From an uncultured Bacteroidota bacterium (GTDB lineage: Bacteria; Bacteroidota; Ignavibacteria; UBA10030; UBA6906), in contig CAVOYH010000003.1 in NCBI GenBank assembly GCA_963700635.1, positions 480,001 to 544,000 on the forward strand: a stretch of DNA of 64,000 nt, read 5' to 3'. The translations under genes and the position numbers were made by a program. Below the pieces are notes generated by a model that was not told the origin of the DNA, searched no databases, and saw nothing but the letters and a program-made list of their open reading frames with translations. How positions within the stretch are numbered: the first letter of the stretch is position 1; the number at the start of each line of letters is the position of its first letter. Positions 39,157 to 49,211 of this stretch are shown here, piece by piece.

Positions 39157-40470
39157 TTACAGCCCGTATTTCTTCCTTTTTCTCCAGAGAGTCGCCGGAT
39201 CAATACCGAGAATTGAGGCAGCCGATTCGAGGTCCTTCGCAACCCTCAGGATCCTGATGATATGCGCCTGCTCCACCTCTTCGAGCGACATTGGCCGCTG
39301 CTCCGGCTTGAGCAGGGTCTGGAACTCTTCAGGCAGATGAAAGATCTGGATGGTTTCACCATGCGCCAGAATCACCGCCCGTTCCATTACGTTTTCCAAC
39401 TCGCGCACATTCCCTTTCCACGGATACGCCCGCAGCGCAGCCAGAACTTGTGGTGCTATGTCCTTCGTGCGTCCGAGTTTCTCAAGAAAGTGCTGGGCGA
39501 GCAACGGAATGTCTTCCTGTCTTTCTCTCAAGGGGGGCAGCTTCACCTTGACGGCGTTCAGGCGGTAGTACAGATCTTCACGAAACAGCCCGGACCCAAC
39601 GGCTTCCTGGAGGTTCCGGTTTGTCGCGGCAATAACCCGTACATCCACCTTACTGGTGGTACTTTCTCCAACGCGCTCGAATTCCTTGTGCTGAAGAAAG
39701 CGAAGCAATTTAACCTGGGTTGGAGAAGGGATTTCCCCGATTTCATCCAGAAACACCGTTCCCCCGTTTGCCGCCGCAAACCTCCCCTCCCGATCTTTTA
39801 CCGCCCCCGTAAAAGCCCCTTTGACATGGCCGAAGAGTTCACTCTCAAGCAGGGTCTCGGCAAGGGCGATACAGTTCACGGTGACAAAAGGTTGTTCGCG
39901 CCGCGGGCTATGGTCATGGATGAGATGCGCGAGCAATTCTTTGCCGGTCCCGCTTTCACCTTCCACGAGAATCGAAATGTTGCTGTCGGCCACCTGCATC
40001 GCCAGATCGATGATACTTTTCATCCGTTCACTGCGTGTCACCAGCGCACCGTATCCTTCATGGCGCGAGAGTTCCAGCTTCAGCTGCCGTACTTCCATTT
40101 TCAGACGGTGGTGGTCGTACACCTTGTCCACAAAGTGACGCAGTTCCGAAAACTCAAACGGTTTCTGCAGATAATCATACGCGCCAAGCTTCATCGCTTC
40201 CACGGCGGAATCCACGCTGCCGTGTGCCGTCATCAGAACCACCGTCATCTCCGGTGCAAGAGAAAGCGCCTCACGAAGCAGTTGAATCCCGTCCATCGGC
40301 TGCATCTTCAGATCAAACAGACCGATATCAAACCGGTCGTTGCGAAGCCTGTCGAGTGCCTGGAGGGGATTCAGAAAGGACGTGACACGGTACCCCGAAG
40401 CTTCAAGCGCAATCCCCACAGTCTTGAGTATGTTCTGTTCGTCATCCACGAGCAGAATGGAGGCGTTCAT
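39157..40470 (-). CDS. sigma-54-dependent response regulator (NtrC family, AlgB-like)
   Basis: Receiver (VDDE, DLKM); GESGTGKE; ESELFGHVKGAFTGA; FREDLYYRL; WKGNVREL; HTH LGIDPATLWRKRK. Confidence 0.95.
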   Translation of the reverse strand: MNASILLVDDEQNILKTVGIALEASGYRVTSFLNPLQALDRLRNDRFDIGLFDLKMQPMDGIQLLREALSLAPEMTVVLMTAHGSVDSAVEAMKLGAYDYLQKPFEFSELRHFVDKVYDHHRLKMEVRQLKLELSRHEGYGALVTRSERMKSIIDLAMQVADSNISILVEGESGTGKELLAHLIHDHSPRREQPFVTVNCIALAETLLESELFGHVKGAFTGAVKDREGRFAAANGGTVFLDEIGEIPSPTQVKLLRFLQHKEFERVGESTTSKVDVRVIAATNRNLQEAVGSGLFREDLYYRLNAVKVKLPPLRERQEDIPLLAQHFLEKLGRTKDIAPQVLAALRAYPWKGNVRELENVMERAVILAHGETIQIFHLPEEFQTLLKPEQRPMSLEEVEQAHIIRILRVAKDLESAASILGIDPATLWRKRKKYGL

Positions 40471-42377
40471 GTGAGGTCTCCCTGCCGGCGGCGCGCGGCC
40501 TCCTGTCTGCGAATCGGAAGGACAACCGAAAATGTGCTGCCAGTCCCAATCACACTTTCCACCCAGATACGCCCGCCGTACATCTCCACAATCTCTTTCG
40601 CAATGGCAAGTCCGAGTCCGACACTCCCCGGCGTGGAGTCCGACGTCTGCTTGATCTGAACAAACTTGTCAAAAATCCGATCACAATGTTCCTTTGCAAT
40701 CCCGACACCTGTATCTTTCACTTCCAGACGCACCGCCCGGTCGTCCTCCCGGCCAGACACAGACACCGATCCTCCGGCAGGCGTGTACTTGAGCGCATTG
40801 GTGACGAGATTCATAATTACCCAGGACACCTGCTGTTCATCGGCCAGAATCGTAGGAAGCGTGGAGGGCACATCCGCAAACAACCGTACATTCTTTTCCT
40901 GAAACTGGATCTGGAGCGGCCGGAGAGACGATTCCACGACGTCGTGCAGCGTGAGCTCTTCTTCCCCGAGTTGCACCCGGCCGGACTCCAGCTTTGACAG
41001 TTGCAGGAGTTCCCGGGCCAGCTTTGTGAGGCGGTGACAATCCTCTTTTGCCGACGTGATCAGTTCCTTCTGCTTCGGCGCAAGAGGGCCGAGCAGCTCC
41101 TGGTCGAGAATATCCACGCTCATATTGATGGAAGTTACCGGTGTGCGAAATTCGTGAGATACCGTCGCGATAAAATCCGATTTGAGCCGGTCCAGCTCCT
41201 TAAACTGCGTGATGTCCTGCAAAAGCATCAACACCCCGTACAGCTGCCCCTCACGGTCTCTCAGTGTGGTAACTTTAGGACGAAAGAAATATGTTTTTCC
41301 CCCCCGTTCAATCGGAAGAAAGGACACCGGATGATCGGCGGCAGTCTGCGCGCCTTCCGTCGCCTCCCGAATCAACCGGAGTAGCCGTTCATCTGGAAGG
41401 CGCGTGGCGAGCGGCTGACCGATGGCCTCATTCTCCTCGAATCCGAAGAGGTCGGCCACCAGGCGATTCACATGCAGGATGGCATACGATGCGTCGGTCA
41501 TGATCAGACCGTCCGCAATACTGTCCACGATCACCTCGGACTTCTGCTTTTCCGAAAGGATCTTGTCAATATTGATCTCATCGTACTGCCTGAGACGTTC
41601 GGTCATCTTGTTGAATTCACGGCTCAGCTGGCCGATTTCATCATCCGACAACACGTCTATTTTGAGGTCGACGTGCCCGGCCCCGATCTGTTTGACTCGT
41701 TCCGTGAGCCGTTCCGCCGGCGTAATGAACGAACGAATAAGCCAGGCCGTCGCGATGATGCTCAGCACCAGCGTGACGATCGAGGCCATCATGGTGCCAA
41801 ATGCTGTTTTATTCGCGATGGAATGTGTCTGGGGCATGGCGTTGTAGAGACCGGCCTGGTTAATCTCAAACAGTTTGAAGCAGAGATCGCGCAACTGATC
41901 CGAAACCGGACGGATGCGGGCATAGTAGTAGTCTTTAGCCCCCTCGAACGCCCCCTGTTTGATCCGGGCAGTCATCGAATCCCCCAGCATCGAATACTGG
42001 CGGTAGGCGGATTGGATCGAATCCCGGAACGGTTCCTGTTCCGGCAATACCACCGAACGAACAGACTGATCATACCAGTAGACGAACAGATCCCGGTTCT
42101 CCGTCCATTTCAGGAACAGATCCCGGTTGTCGGTGAGAATCCCCTCAGCGGTTGCTGGTTCTCCCTCGCTCGCTACAAGAAGGGCGTTGTCCTGGCGTTC
42201 GAGCGACTTCATCATGTTTTCCGCGGCCAGCACGCTCAGGTAATTTTCGCGGATAATCGTGGTGACACTTGTGGCGATTGAATAGAAGTTATAAATGGAC
42301 CAGTATGTTGCGGCCAGGTTCAGAAGGACCAGAACGGTGAAAGTCCAGACAATCCGCGCACGAATACTCTTGAACAT
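40467..42377 (-). CDS. Sensor histidine kinase (4-helix periplasmic sensor, HAMP, PAS; KinB-like)
   Basis: 2 TM; ENYLSVLAAENM sensor; HAMP DEIGQL..FNKM; PAS; SHEFRTP, NALKY, DTGVGI and GLGL boxes. Confidence 0.94.
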   Translation of the reverse strand: MFKSIRARIVWTFTVLVLLNLAATYWSIYNFYSIATSVTTIIRENYLSVLAAENMMKSLERQDNALLVASEGEPATAEGILTDNRDLFLKWTENRDLFVYWYDQSVRSVVLPEQEPFRDSIQSAYRQYSMLGDSMTARIKQGAFEGAKDYYYARIRPVSDQLRDLCFKLFEINQAGLYNAMPQTHSIANKTAFGTMMASIVTLVLSIIATAWLIRSFITPAERLTERVKQIGAGHVDLKIDVLSDDEIGQLSREFNKMTERLRQYDEINIDKILSEKQKSEVIVDSIADGLIMTDASYAILHVNRLVADLFGFEENEAIGQPLATRLPDERLLRLIREATEGAQTAADHPVSFLPIERGGKTYFFRPKVTTLRDREGQLYGVLMLLQDITQFKELDRLKSDFIATVSHEFRTPVTSINMSVDILDQELLGPLAPKQKELITSAKEDCHRLTKLARELLQLSKLESGRVQLGEEELTLHDVVESSLRPLQIQFQEKNVRLFADVPSTLPTILADEQQVSWVIMNLVTNALKYTPAGGSVSVSGREDDRAVRLEVKDTGVGIAKEHCDRIFDKFVQIKQTSDSTPGSVGLGLAIAKEIVEMYGGRIWVESVIGTGSTFSVVLPIRRQEAARRRQGDLT

Positions 42378-42389
42378 GGCGCAGGTTCC

Positions 42390-43118
42390 TTAGAAGAGTA
42401 CCCCGAGGTATGGTCCGTGATTCACCACGCTATAGTTGAACCGGGCGTTGGACATGGACCATCGCTGGTACCTGAAACGATAGCCGAGTGCTATCCCTTC
42501 TCCTATATGAACCGACTTGAGAATCACTCCGGCATCGGCAAGAACACTTGCCGAGGATCCGCTGCCGGTGCTGAGTCCTTCGAAGCTGTAGTGGATGATG
42601 CCAAGCACGCGAATGCCCGCATCGACGTCGACACTCATGAACCGGTACCGCAGGCCCGTTCCGATCCCTAGACTTGCGATATTAAAATTGTCCCGTTCCA
42701 CGCCCGTGGCCTCTGCCTTTGTGAAATCGGCGGCAACGCTGATGGGCACCACCAGCGCATGTGCACGGCTAACCGCAAGCGGAAATTCATTGGTGAACAC
42801 TGTGCCAAAATAGACCGTGGATCTGGAAGTTCCGCCCAGCGTGTAGCGTGTGTATCCAAACCCGATTTCAATGGGGCCTTGATGAAAACTGAGAATCGGC
42901 ATGTACGCTTTGAAACGGATGGCCGCCGAATCCGGCGTCGGGTTGCCGGAGCGCGGCGAAAACTCCCGGTGTAATACGCCCGCCGCAAAGAACCGCGCTT
43001 CGTCGATTGTGTAGTCTCGCGGCTGGTCATACTGTGCCAAACACGGGGGGCCCGCGAGGATAATGCCCGCGATCGCCAAGAGACCCTTTACCCGGTGACA
43101 CGTATCCCGGTATATCAT
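42390..43118 (-). CDS. Hypothetical exported, probable outer-membrane beta-barrel protein
   Basis: Signal peptide; alternating beta strands; C-terminal GPYLGVLF; ATGA overlap with the upstream gene. Confidence 0.65.
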   Translation of the reverse strand: MIYRDTCHRVKGLLAIAGIILAGPPCLAQYDQPRDYTIDEARFFAAGVLHREFSPRSGNPTPDSAAIRFKAYMPILSFHQGPIEIGFGYTRYTLGGTSRSTVYFGTVFTNEFPLAVSRAHALVVPISVAADFTKAEATGVERDNFNIASLGIGTGLRYRFMSVDVDAGIRVLGIIHYSFEGLSTGSGSSASVLADAGVILKSVHIGEGIALGYRFRYQRWSMSNARFNYSVVNHGPYLGVLF

Positions 43119-44428
43119 GTTCCCTCCGCCTCCACGTGCTGCTTCCGCAATCGAATGGTCTTCACTTTGATGCTGTCGACCGCTTCGACGGTGATCTCCC
43201 ATGAACCGATCGTCAACCGTGTCCCCCGCTCCGGCACCACCCCGAGCAGGTGGATGATGTAACCACTGACTGTGACGACATCCCGTGAATCGGGGACAAT
43301 CTCAAACTTACGGGAAAAATCCAGGAGCGCCATCGTTCCATCTACCAAGAACTCTGTGTCGGTGATCCGCTGCACGAGCACCGCTTCCACATCAAATTCA
43401 TCCCGGATCTCGCCCACGAGCTCTTCCAGAACATTCTCCAGTGTCACCAGACCCGCAGTGCCGCCATATTCATCCACTACGATCGCCATGAGGACACGCT
43501 TTGCCAGAAACATATTCAGCGTCCGTTCAAGCGCCATCGTTTCGGGAACAAACAGCATTTCGTGTTTGATTTCGCTCATGAGCGTGCCCTCACCGATCTC
43601 CCCTTTGAGCCGGAACAGATCCTTCAAATGGATCATCCCCACGACATTGTCAAGGTTTCCATCGCAGAGCGGGTACCGGGTGAACTGATTCTCCAGCGCA
43701 ATGGCAATATTTTCCTCGATGGTTTTTGCCACGGACAGGTAAACGAGTTTCGTGCGGGGAACCATCACCTCACGAACGGTTCGCTCACGGAGTTCAATAG
43801 CACGAAGGGAGATACTCTTTCCGGTGGACGTGAGGCTCACCCCTTCGCTAAGCAGAAGCCGGAGCTCTTCTTCGGAGTGTGCGATCTCTCCCTCCGTTGC
43901 GGGCTCGATTCCGGCCAGGCGCAAGAAGTAGTTTGCGGTCCCGTTAAGTGCCCAGATAAGAGGACGAAAGAGGACGAAAAACCAGTGTAGGGGTCTGGCG
44001 ATGGCCAGAGTTACCCTGCTGGCACGCTGAATAGCCATCGATTTCGGGGCAAGTTCCCCGAACACGATATGCAGAAATGTAATAATCGAAAACCCGACCG
44101 TAAACGCGATCGTCTTCACAAGGGCCGGTTCAGTAATTCCAAGGGCGATAAGAACCGGCTCAAGCATGTGCGCGACGAAGGGCTCGCCCATCCATCCCAA
44201 TCCCAGGCTGGTAAGGGTGATTCCAAGTTGTGTGGCAGAAAGATATGCGTCAAGGTGGGCTATTACATTCTGCGCGGTTCGCGCACGGGCAGACCCGCTC
44301 CGTACAAGGGGTTCGATCTGGGTAGACCGGACTTTGACGATCGCAAATTCAGCCGCTACAAAAAAGCCATTAAAGAAAACAAGTCCCAGAACACCCAGGA
44401 TTTTCGCTAAAATCGTGATGATTTCCAT
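43115..44428 (-). CDS. CNNM/CorB (DUF21-CBS-CorC_HlyC) family membrane protein
   Basis: NGFFVAAEFA, LSATQLGIT, GELAPK, MVPR and VDEYGGTAGLVTLE..GEIRDEFD motifs. Confidence 0.93.
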   Translation of the reverse strand: MEIITILAKILGVLGLVFFNGFFVAAEFAIVKVRSTQIEPLVRSGSARARTAQNVIAHLDAYLSATQLGITLTSLGLGWMGEPFVAHMLEPVLIALGITEPALVKTIAFTVGFSIITFLHIVFGELAPKSMAIQRASRVTLAIARPLHWFFVLFRPLIWALNGTANYFLRLAGIEPATEGEIAHSEEELRLLLSEGVSLTSTGKSISLRAIELRERTVREVMVPRTKLVYLSVAKTIEENIAIALENQFTRYPLCDGNLDNVVGMIHLKDLFRLKGEIGEGTLMSEIKHEMLFVPETMALERTLNMFLAKRVLMAIVVDEYGGTAGLVTLENVLEELVGEIRDEFDVEAVLVQRITDTEFLVDGTMALLDFSRKFEIVPDSRDVVTVSGYIIHLLGVVPERGTRLTIGSWEITVEAVDSIKVKTIRLRKQHVEAEGT

Positions 44429-44435
44429 GTATATC

Positions 44436-44464
44436 AAGGTACGCCAAAACAGAAGGGAAAGCAA
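44436..44464 (-). promoter_or_regulatory. sigma-70-type promoter of the CNNM operon (leaderless geometry)
   Basis: Minus strand TTGCTT-N17-TACCTT, then 7 nt to ATG 44428; no SD. Confidence 0.58.
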
Positions 44465-44473
44465 CCTCTCAAC

Positions 44474-46306
44474 TTATTCCCCGTTTGCCACAAAAACACG
44501 GTACCCGCGCGGTTCAAGTGTGATCTTCACCTGATCCTGGGAGCCTGGAACAGACCAGTCACGCTCCAGGAACAACTCGCGGTACTTCACAACAGCACCA
44601 CGTTTTGTTTCCCCTGACACCGGGATGTGCAGCGTTACCTGCCTGGTTTCTCCTGCGAAATTCAGCACCACGAGAATCCGGTTCTTTCCGGAAACACGTA
44701 AATATGCATAAACGTCATTGTCTGCGGCCCCTTTCACCCGCACAAACTCCCCCTCCGTCAGGGCGGGGTTGACACGCCGCAGCTCAAACAGTTTCCGGTT
44801 GAAGTCGCCCATCTCGTGTGATCTGTTCCAATCAACATCCACCTTGCGGAAGAGCTCCAAGACCCGGTCATTCGCAACTTCCTCACCCGTGTAAAGAAGC
44901 GGCACCCCGGGCAGCGTGTTCGCCAGAATCGTGGCGATCTTGAGTCCGTCCATCCCGAACTTGGTGACCGCAGGAGCATCCCATGCGTTCTTGTCATGGT
45001 TTGTTGCGAAACGCAGCCGTAATGCCCCCTTCGGGAACTGTAAGCTCTCCGTCTTGAGCATCTGGTCCAGCACAACGAGCGGGCGTTTTCCAGTTAACAC
45101 CGGATCCAGCAAGTCGTAAAGGTTCCACGCGTATGTGAGGTCAAAGGCCTTTACATGGTGCTCCGGCAGCGACCCTTCGGAGAGCATCATCACAGGCTTT
45201 ACCGCATCGAGTGCGTCCCGGGCATCTTCCCAGAAGTCCGTCGGGACCAGTTCTGACACATCACACCGGAAGCCATCAATCCCCACATCCCGTACCCAGT
45301 AGAGCATCATTTCTTTCATATACGCGCGTACGCCGGGCTGACTGTAATCCAGATCAGCGACATCGTACCAGTCGGGGTTGGGGGGAATGATATGGCCGGT
45401 TGCATCGGTGGTAAACCATTCCGGATGATCCAGGATCAGTGTGTTATCCCACGAAGTATGATTCGCCACGAGATCGATAATCAGTTTCATCCCATGACCA
45501 TGAACGGTGCGGAGCAGTCTCTTAAAATCATCCAGACTGCCGAACTCCGGGTTGATCCCGTAGTAGTCTTTCACGGAATACGGACTTCCGAGCGGTCCTT
45601 TTCTCTTCTTCACGCCCACAGGATGGATGGGCAGGAGCCAGAGGGTTGTTATCCCGAGATCTTTGAGTTCAGAAACACGCTCCTCAAGGGCGGCAAAGGT
45701 CCCCGCCGGGGAGAAAGACCGGAGATAGACTGAGTAGATAACTCCGTCACGGACCCAGTCTGCACTCTGGCGCGCCGGGAGAGCCGCAAGAGGATTCCGC
45801 AGCAACTCTTCCAGCCGTCCCGATTCGATAAGGGTCACCGGCCGGTAGATGCCACCGCCACCGCTGTAGTCTTTAACGAGGACTGCAACGGTGTTTATTC
45901 CGGAATGGACAGCAGCACCTACATCAAGGGCAAACGGATCGCTGTATCCGGTATGTTCACCAACGCTGATGCCGTTGATCCAGACTTCTGCATCATCATC
46001 AACTCCGGCGAAATGGATACTGAGCGGAGTCGCCACTGTGTCCATGGTAAACGTACGAACAAACCACCCCCATCCGTCGTACCGGGAAAGTCCGGGGTAG
46101 GTTTCCCAGAAGTCCGGCGTGAGGACAGTCTGCCATGTGGTGCGGTCGGCTTCGGGAAGGAACCACCGTTGGGTCACACCAATCCTGCCCGGATCAGCGG
46201 CGAAGAACCACTCTCCGTCAAGGGAGATTTTTACGGGAGATGGTGTTGCCGTCATCACTCCAGCTCCTGCCATCAGAACACAGAGGGTCTTGAAAAGTCC
46301 TGGCAT
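44474..46306 (-). CDS. Secreted GH13 alpha-amylase-family enzyme with an N-terminal GH2-type sugar-binding domain
   Basis: N-domain SLDGEWFF..YDGWGWF..FAGVDD..GGGGIYRPV; GH13 motifs DLVANH, GFRCDV, MLSE and TNHD. Confidence 0.9.
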   Translation of the reverse strand: MPGLFKTLCVLMAGAGVMTATPSPVKISLDGEWFFAADPGRIGVTQRWFLPEADRTTWQTVLTPDFWETYPGLSRYDGWGWFVRTFTMDTVATPLSIHFAGVDDDAEVWINGISVGEHTGYSDPFALDVGAAVHSGINTVAVLVKDYSGGGGIYRPVTLIESGRLEELLRNPLAALPARQSADWVRDGVIYSVYLRSFSPAGTFAALEERVSELKDLGITTLWLLPIHPVGVKKRKGPLGSPYSVKDYYGINPEFGSLDDFKRLLRTVHGHGMKLIIDLVANHTSWDNTLILDHPEWFTTDATGHIIPPNPDWYDVADLDYSQPGVRAYMKEMMLYWVRDVGIDGFRCDVSELVPTDFWEDARDALDAVKPVMMLSEGSLPEHHVKAFDLTYAWNLYDLLDPVLTGKRPLVVLDQMLKTESLQFPKGALRLRFATNHDKNAWDAPAVTKFGMDGLKIATILANTLPGVPLLYTGEEVANDRVLELFRKVDVDWNRSHEMGDFNRKLFELRRVNPALTEGEFVRVKGAADNDVYAYLRVSGKNRILVVLNFAGETRQVTLHIPVSGETKRGAVVKYRELFLERDWSVPGSQDQVKITLEPRGYRVFVANGE

Positions 46307-46340
46307 TGTCCAGTTTCCTTCTGAATATGTACCAGAGGCA

Positions 46341-47510
46341 TTATTCCCCCGGTCCCCAAACAAAAACGCCGACAACCACGGCAAGCACGGCCCATTGAAT
46401 CCACCGTTTTAACCGTGGATCCTGCCGCCGTACCCAATCCCATACCAGCGCCAGGCCGAACATCAGGGCCAGAAGGACAAAGATCCACCCGAACGCTTCC
46501 GGTAATCCAAACGAGTGGTTTGCCCAGCGCCGGAAATTGAAGGGCCCGAAGTCTCCATAGATCAACAGGAGATGTGTTGTGTACACAAGAAGTGATTCCC
46601 GGCCGACGAGCGTAACCCAGGATCCGGGCGAAACACCCTTACGTTGTTCATACAGCATAAGTCCGGCGCAGAGGAGGAACACGATTCCAAGACGGAGGAC
46701 CACGAAACTTGGGCTGAAGCGCCAGTAGTCATAGGTCGGATACAGCCAGACCAGGGGGAGAAGGGCAAAAGAGAGTACAACGAGCGCGCCTCCCAGCCCA
46801 AAAAACCTGCCAACGGGAAAGATGCCTCTCGGCGCAGTGGAAGTAATCGATCGCTCCCGCGATTCAGTAAAAACATAGCCGGCAATTGCCCCGGCGAACA
46901 GGAAGACGGCCCACGGAAAGAGCGGGAAAAGCGAGGAGTGGAATCCATTCAGATACGCCGCAAAAGGGCCCGGCACTGATTGTACCCAGTCTACCCCCCA
47001 CATCAACGGTGTCACAAAAAGCACGATCACCGCAACCAGTGTGGCGAATTGATACAACCGCCTTTCCGTGCGAAGGATCAAGAGCATACCCTGAAGAAAG
47101 AGCAGACTCACGGCAATACAATGGAGAACATCGGACTGAAAAAAGACGAGCCATTGCGATTCTGTCACGTCTCCCAGCATCTGTTCGAGGTTAAACTTGG
47201 GCAGATGGAGTGTATAGGCAAGCAGGAGGACGAAGAGCAGGCGCCAGAGTTGTTTTAGAAGCGGCGTTCCGAGCGCAAGATACGAACCGATTTTCCGTCT
47301 GGTCGTGACCGCATACGCCATGCCGGATGCAAACAGAAATGAGGGCGCAACGAGTCCGTTGATAAAACTCAAAACATCAAACAGCGGTGCCCCTGTAATC
47401 TCCGGTCTGACGGTGGCATTGACCACGTGAGTTTCGATCATCACGATGACCGCCCATCCGCGCAGAAGATCAATAAAGGCAAGACGCTTCGTGGGTGCCA
47501 TACCATTCAT
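46341..47510 (-). CDS. DUF1624/HGSNAT-like membrane acyltransferase, copy 1
   Basis: IDLLRGWAVIVMIETH, APSFLFASG, DVLHCIA, FPLFPW and GRESL..Y..H motifs; multi-TM. Confidence 0.82.
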   Translation of the reverse strand: MNGMAPTKRLAFIDLLRGWAVIVMIETHVVNATVRPEITGAPLFDVLSFINGLVAPSFLFASGMAYAVTTRRKIGSYLALGTPLLKQLWRLLFVLLLAYTLHLPKFNLEQMLGDVTESQWLVFFQSDVLHCIAVSLLFLQGMLLILRTERRLYQFATLVAVIVLFVTPLMWGVDWVQSVPGPFAAYLNGFHSSLFPLFPWAVFLFAGAIAGYVFTESRERSITSTAPRGIFPVGRFFGLGGALVVLSFALLPLVWLYPTYDYWRFSPSFVVLRLGIVFLLCAGLMLYEQRKGVSPGSWVTLVGRESLLVYTTHLLLIYGDFGPFNFRRWANHSFGLPEAFGWIFVLLALMFGLALVWDWVRRQDPRLKRWIQWAVLAVVVGVFVWGPGE

Positions 47511-47604
47511 CCCGCAATGACCGGGCCGGAACAAAATTCAACGACACATTCTGCATCGGCAGTCCGTGTGCGCTTATGCGTCCAGCACCCGGTCAGGTGT
47601 GTGG

Positions 47605-48750
47605 TTAATATGGTTTTGTCAGAAAGAAGTAGAGCAGCGTGCTCGTGAAGCCCGCCTGCAGCAACCGTAGGGGATAGTAATGAGCGTCCCGGAGAGTGTT
47701 CCGGGTGTGGACGAGCATCACCATGAGCATAAGCACTCCGATGGCCACGACAAAGGCCCCTGCGGGATCAAGATGCTGTCCGATGATTTGCATGAGACCG
47801 GAATTGGCGGCAGAACCGTAGACAAGGAGAAGATGGACCGTATAGACGACCAGAGAGGCCTGTCCAAGAGTCACCAGGTTCTCCGCCGCAACGGGCGGAA
47901 GACGTCTGACCTGGAACACTGCGGATGTGATTGCAACGATGATGCCGATGCGCATAAGGAAGAAGTCGGGGCCCGTCTTCCAGAAATCATGCGAGGGATA
48001 GACGGTAATCGGCACGAGGTCAAAGACAAGACCGGCAACACTGGCGGCGAGCCCGAACCGGAACATCGAGCGGAGACAGAGGCTTTCACTTCCCTCATTC
48101 CGCATACGGAGAAACACCATACCGAAACCGGCACCGGCGAAAAGATAGGCCGCAAAGGGGAACAGCGGGAAGAGGGAAGGCACATGCTGATTAAAATACG
48201 GCGCAAAAACCGGCGTGACCACGCCGCTGAGATCGGCGAGCCATACCAGGGGCGCCAGCAGAACGATAAGAGCCGCGGCACAGAATGAGACGAGAACGAA
48301 CCGTTCAGGAGTACGGGCGAGCACGACCAGCAGTTGAAGAATAATAATACTCGCCGCGAGGCAATGCAGAATATCAACCTGCAGCATCATGGCGTACTCG
48401 TGTGGACGGGTATCGTGGAGCAGCTTGTTCAGCGAAAAGAAGGGAAAATGAAGAGCATACCCGAGTCCGAGGAGCATGATCATCTTCACCAGACGCCGCC
48501 GGGCAGGAGCCGCAAACGCGACAAAGGCATCCCACCTCCGCAGGGTGGCCACGGCGAAGGCAAAACCCGCAACGAACAGAAAAAGCGGCGCAGTGAACCC
48601 GCGCGCCATGTCGTAGTACCGGAATAACTCCGTTGTGCGCGAGGCCGGGCCCAGCACAGAGTCAATGCTGTGGCCTAGCACCATAACAACAACGGCGAAG
48701 CCACGCAGATAGTCGAGGTGTTGTAAACGTTGTGTGCGCTGTTGCATCAC
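47605..48750 (-). CDS. DUF1624/HGSNAT-like membrane acyltransferase, copy 2
   Basis: LDYLRGFAVVVMVLGH, APLFLFVAG, DILHCLA, FPLFPF and GQASL..Y..H motifs. Confidence 0.82.
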   Translation of the reverse strand: MMQQRTQRLQHLDYLRGFAVVVMVLGHSIDSVLGPASRTTELFRYYDMARGFTAPLFLFVAGFAFAVATLRRWDAFVAFAAPARRRLVKMIMLLGLGYALHFPFFSLNKLLHDTRPHEYAMMLQVDILHCLAASIIILQLLVVLARTPERFVLVSFCAAALIVLLAPLVWLADLSGVVTPVFAPYFNQHVPSLFPLFPFAAYLFAGAGFGMVFLRMRNEGSESLCLRSMFRFGLAASVAGLVFDLVPITVYPSHDFWKTGPDFFLMRIGIIVAITSAVFQVRRLPPVAAENLVTLGQASLVVYTVHLLLVYGSAANSGLMQIIGQHLDPAGAFVVAIGVLMLMVMLVHTRNTLRDAHYYPLRLLQAGFTSTLLYFFLTKPY

Positions 48751-48787
48751 TCAGGGTTGGACGGAGAAACGCAGCAAAGAGGACTCG

Positions 48788-49177
48788 TTACTCGCCGATC
48801 TTGTCCTTGATAATCTTTTCCAGTTCGTCAAAATCCACCGGCTTCGTCATATACGCAGCCCCGCCGATTTCTTTGCCAAACTTCTTAGCGTAGTAATCAT
48901 CAACCGAGGTAAGGAACACAAAGGGAAGGCCCAGATGTTCTTTTTTCACCTCTTCAAATAACTCAAAGCCATTCGTGCCGGGCATAATAAGATCAGAAAC
49001 AACAATGCTGGGCTTGTCTGACTTGATGACGCGCATGGCGTTCTCAGCATCACCGACGGCCTTGACGGTAAATCCGCGGTCCATGAGCCCCGCCCGGGTT
49101 GCACTTAAGGTCGAAGGCTCGTCATCCACGAGCAACACCAGCTTGTCTTTCAACATGCCATCCCCGTTAACAGTCAT
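48788..49177 (-). CDS. Single-domain response regulator
   Basis: LLVDDE, SDLIMP, FLTS and YMTKP motifs; start 49177 or 49156. Confidence 0.9.
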   Translation of the reverse strand: MTVNGDGMLKDKLVLLVDDEPSTLSATRAGLMDRGFTVKAVGDAENAMRVIKSDKPSIVVSDLIMPGTNGFELFEEVKKEHLGLPFVFLTSVDDYYAKKFGKEIGGAAYMTKPVDFDELEKIIKDKIGE

Positions 49178-49211
49178 CGTTAAATATCTTTAATTCCCTC
49201 CAAAGATGCAA

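Noticed and set aside
39262-40659. 465-aa plus-strand ORF
   Set aside because: Antisense shadow of the NtrC-family gene with no recognisable motifs; such shadows are common in GC-rich coding DNA.
43115-44428. 'Hemolysin' toxin call
   Set aside because: DUF21-CBS-CorC architecture is the CNNM/CorB Mg2+-transport family, and nothing in the sequence supports a toxin role.
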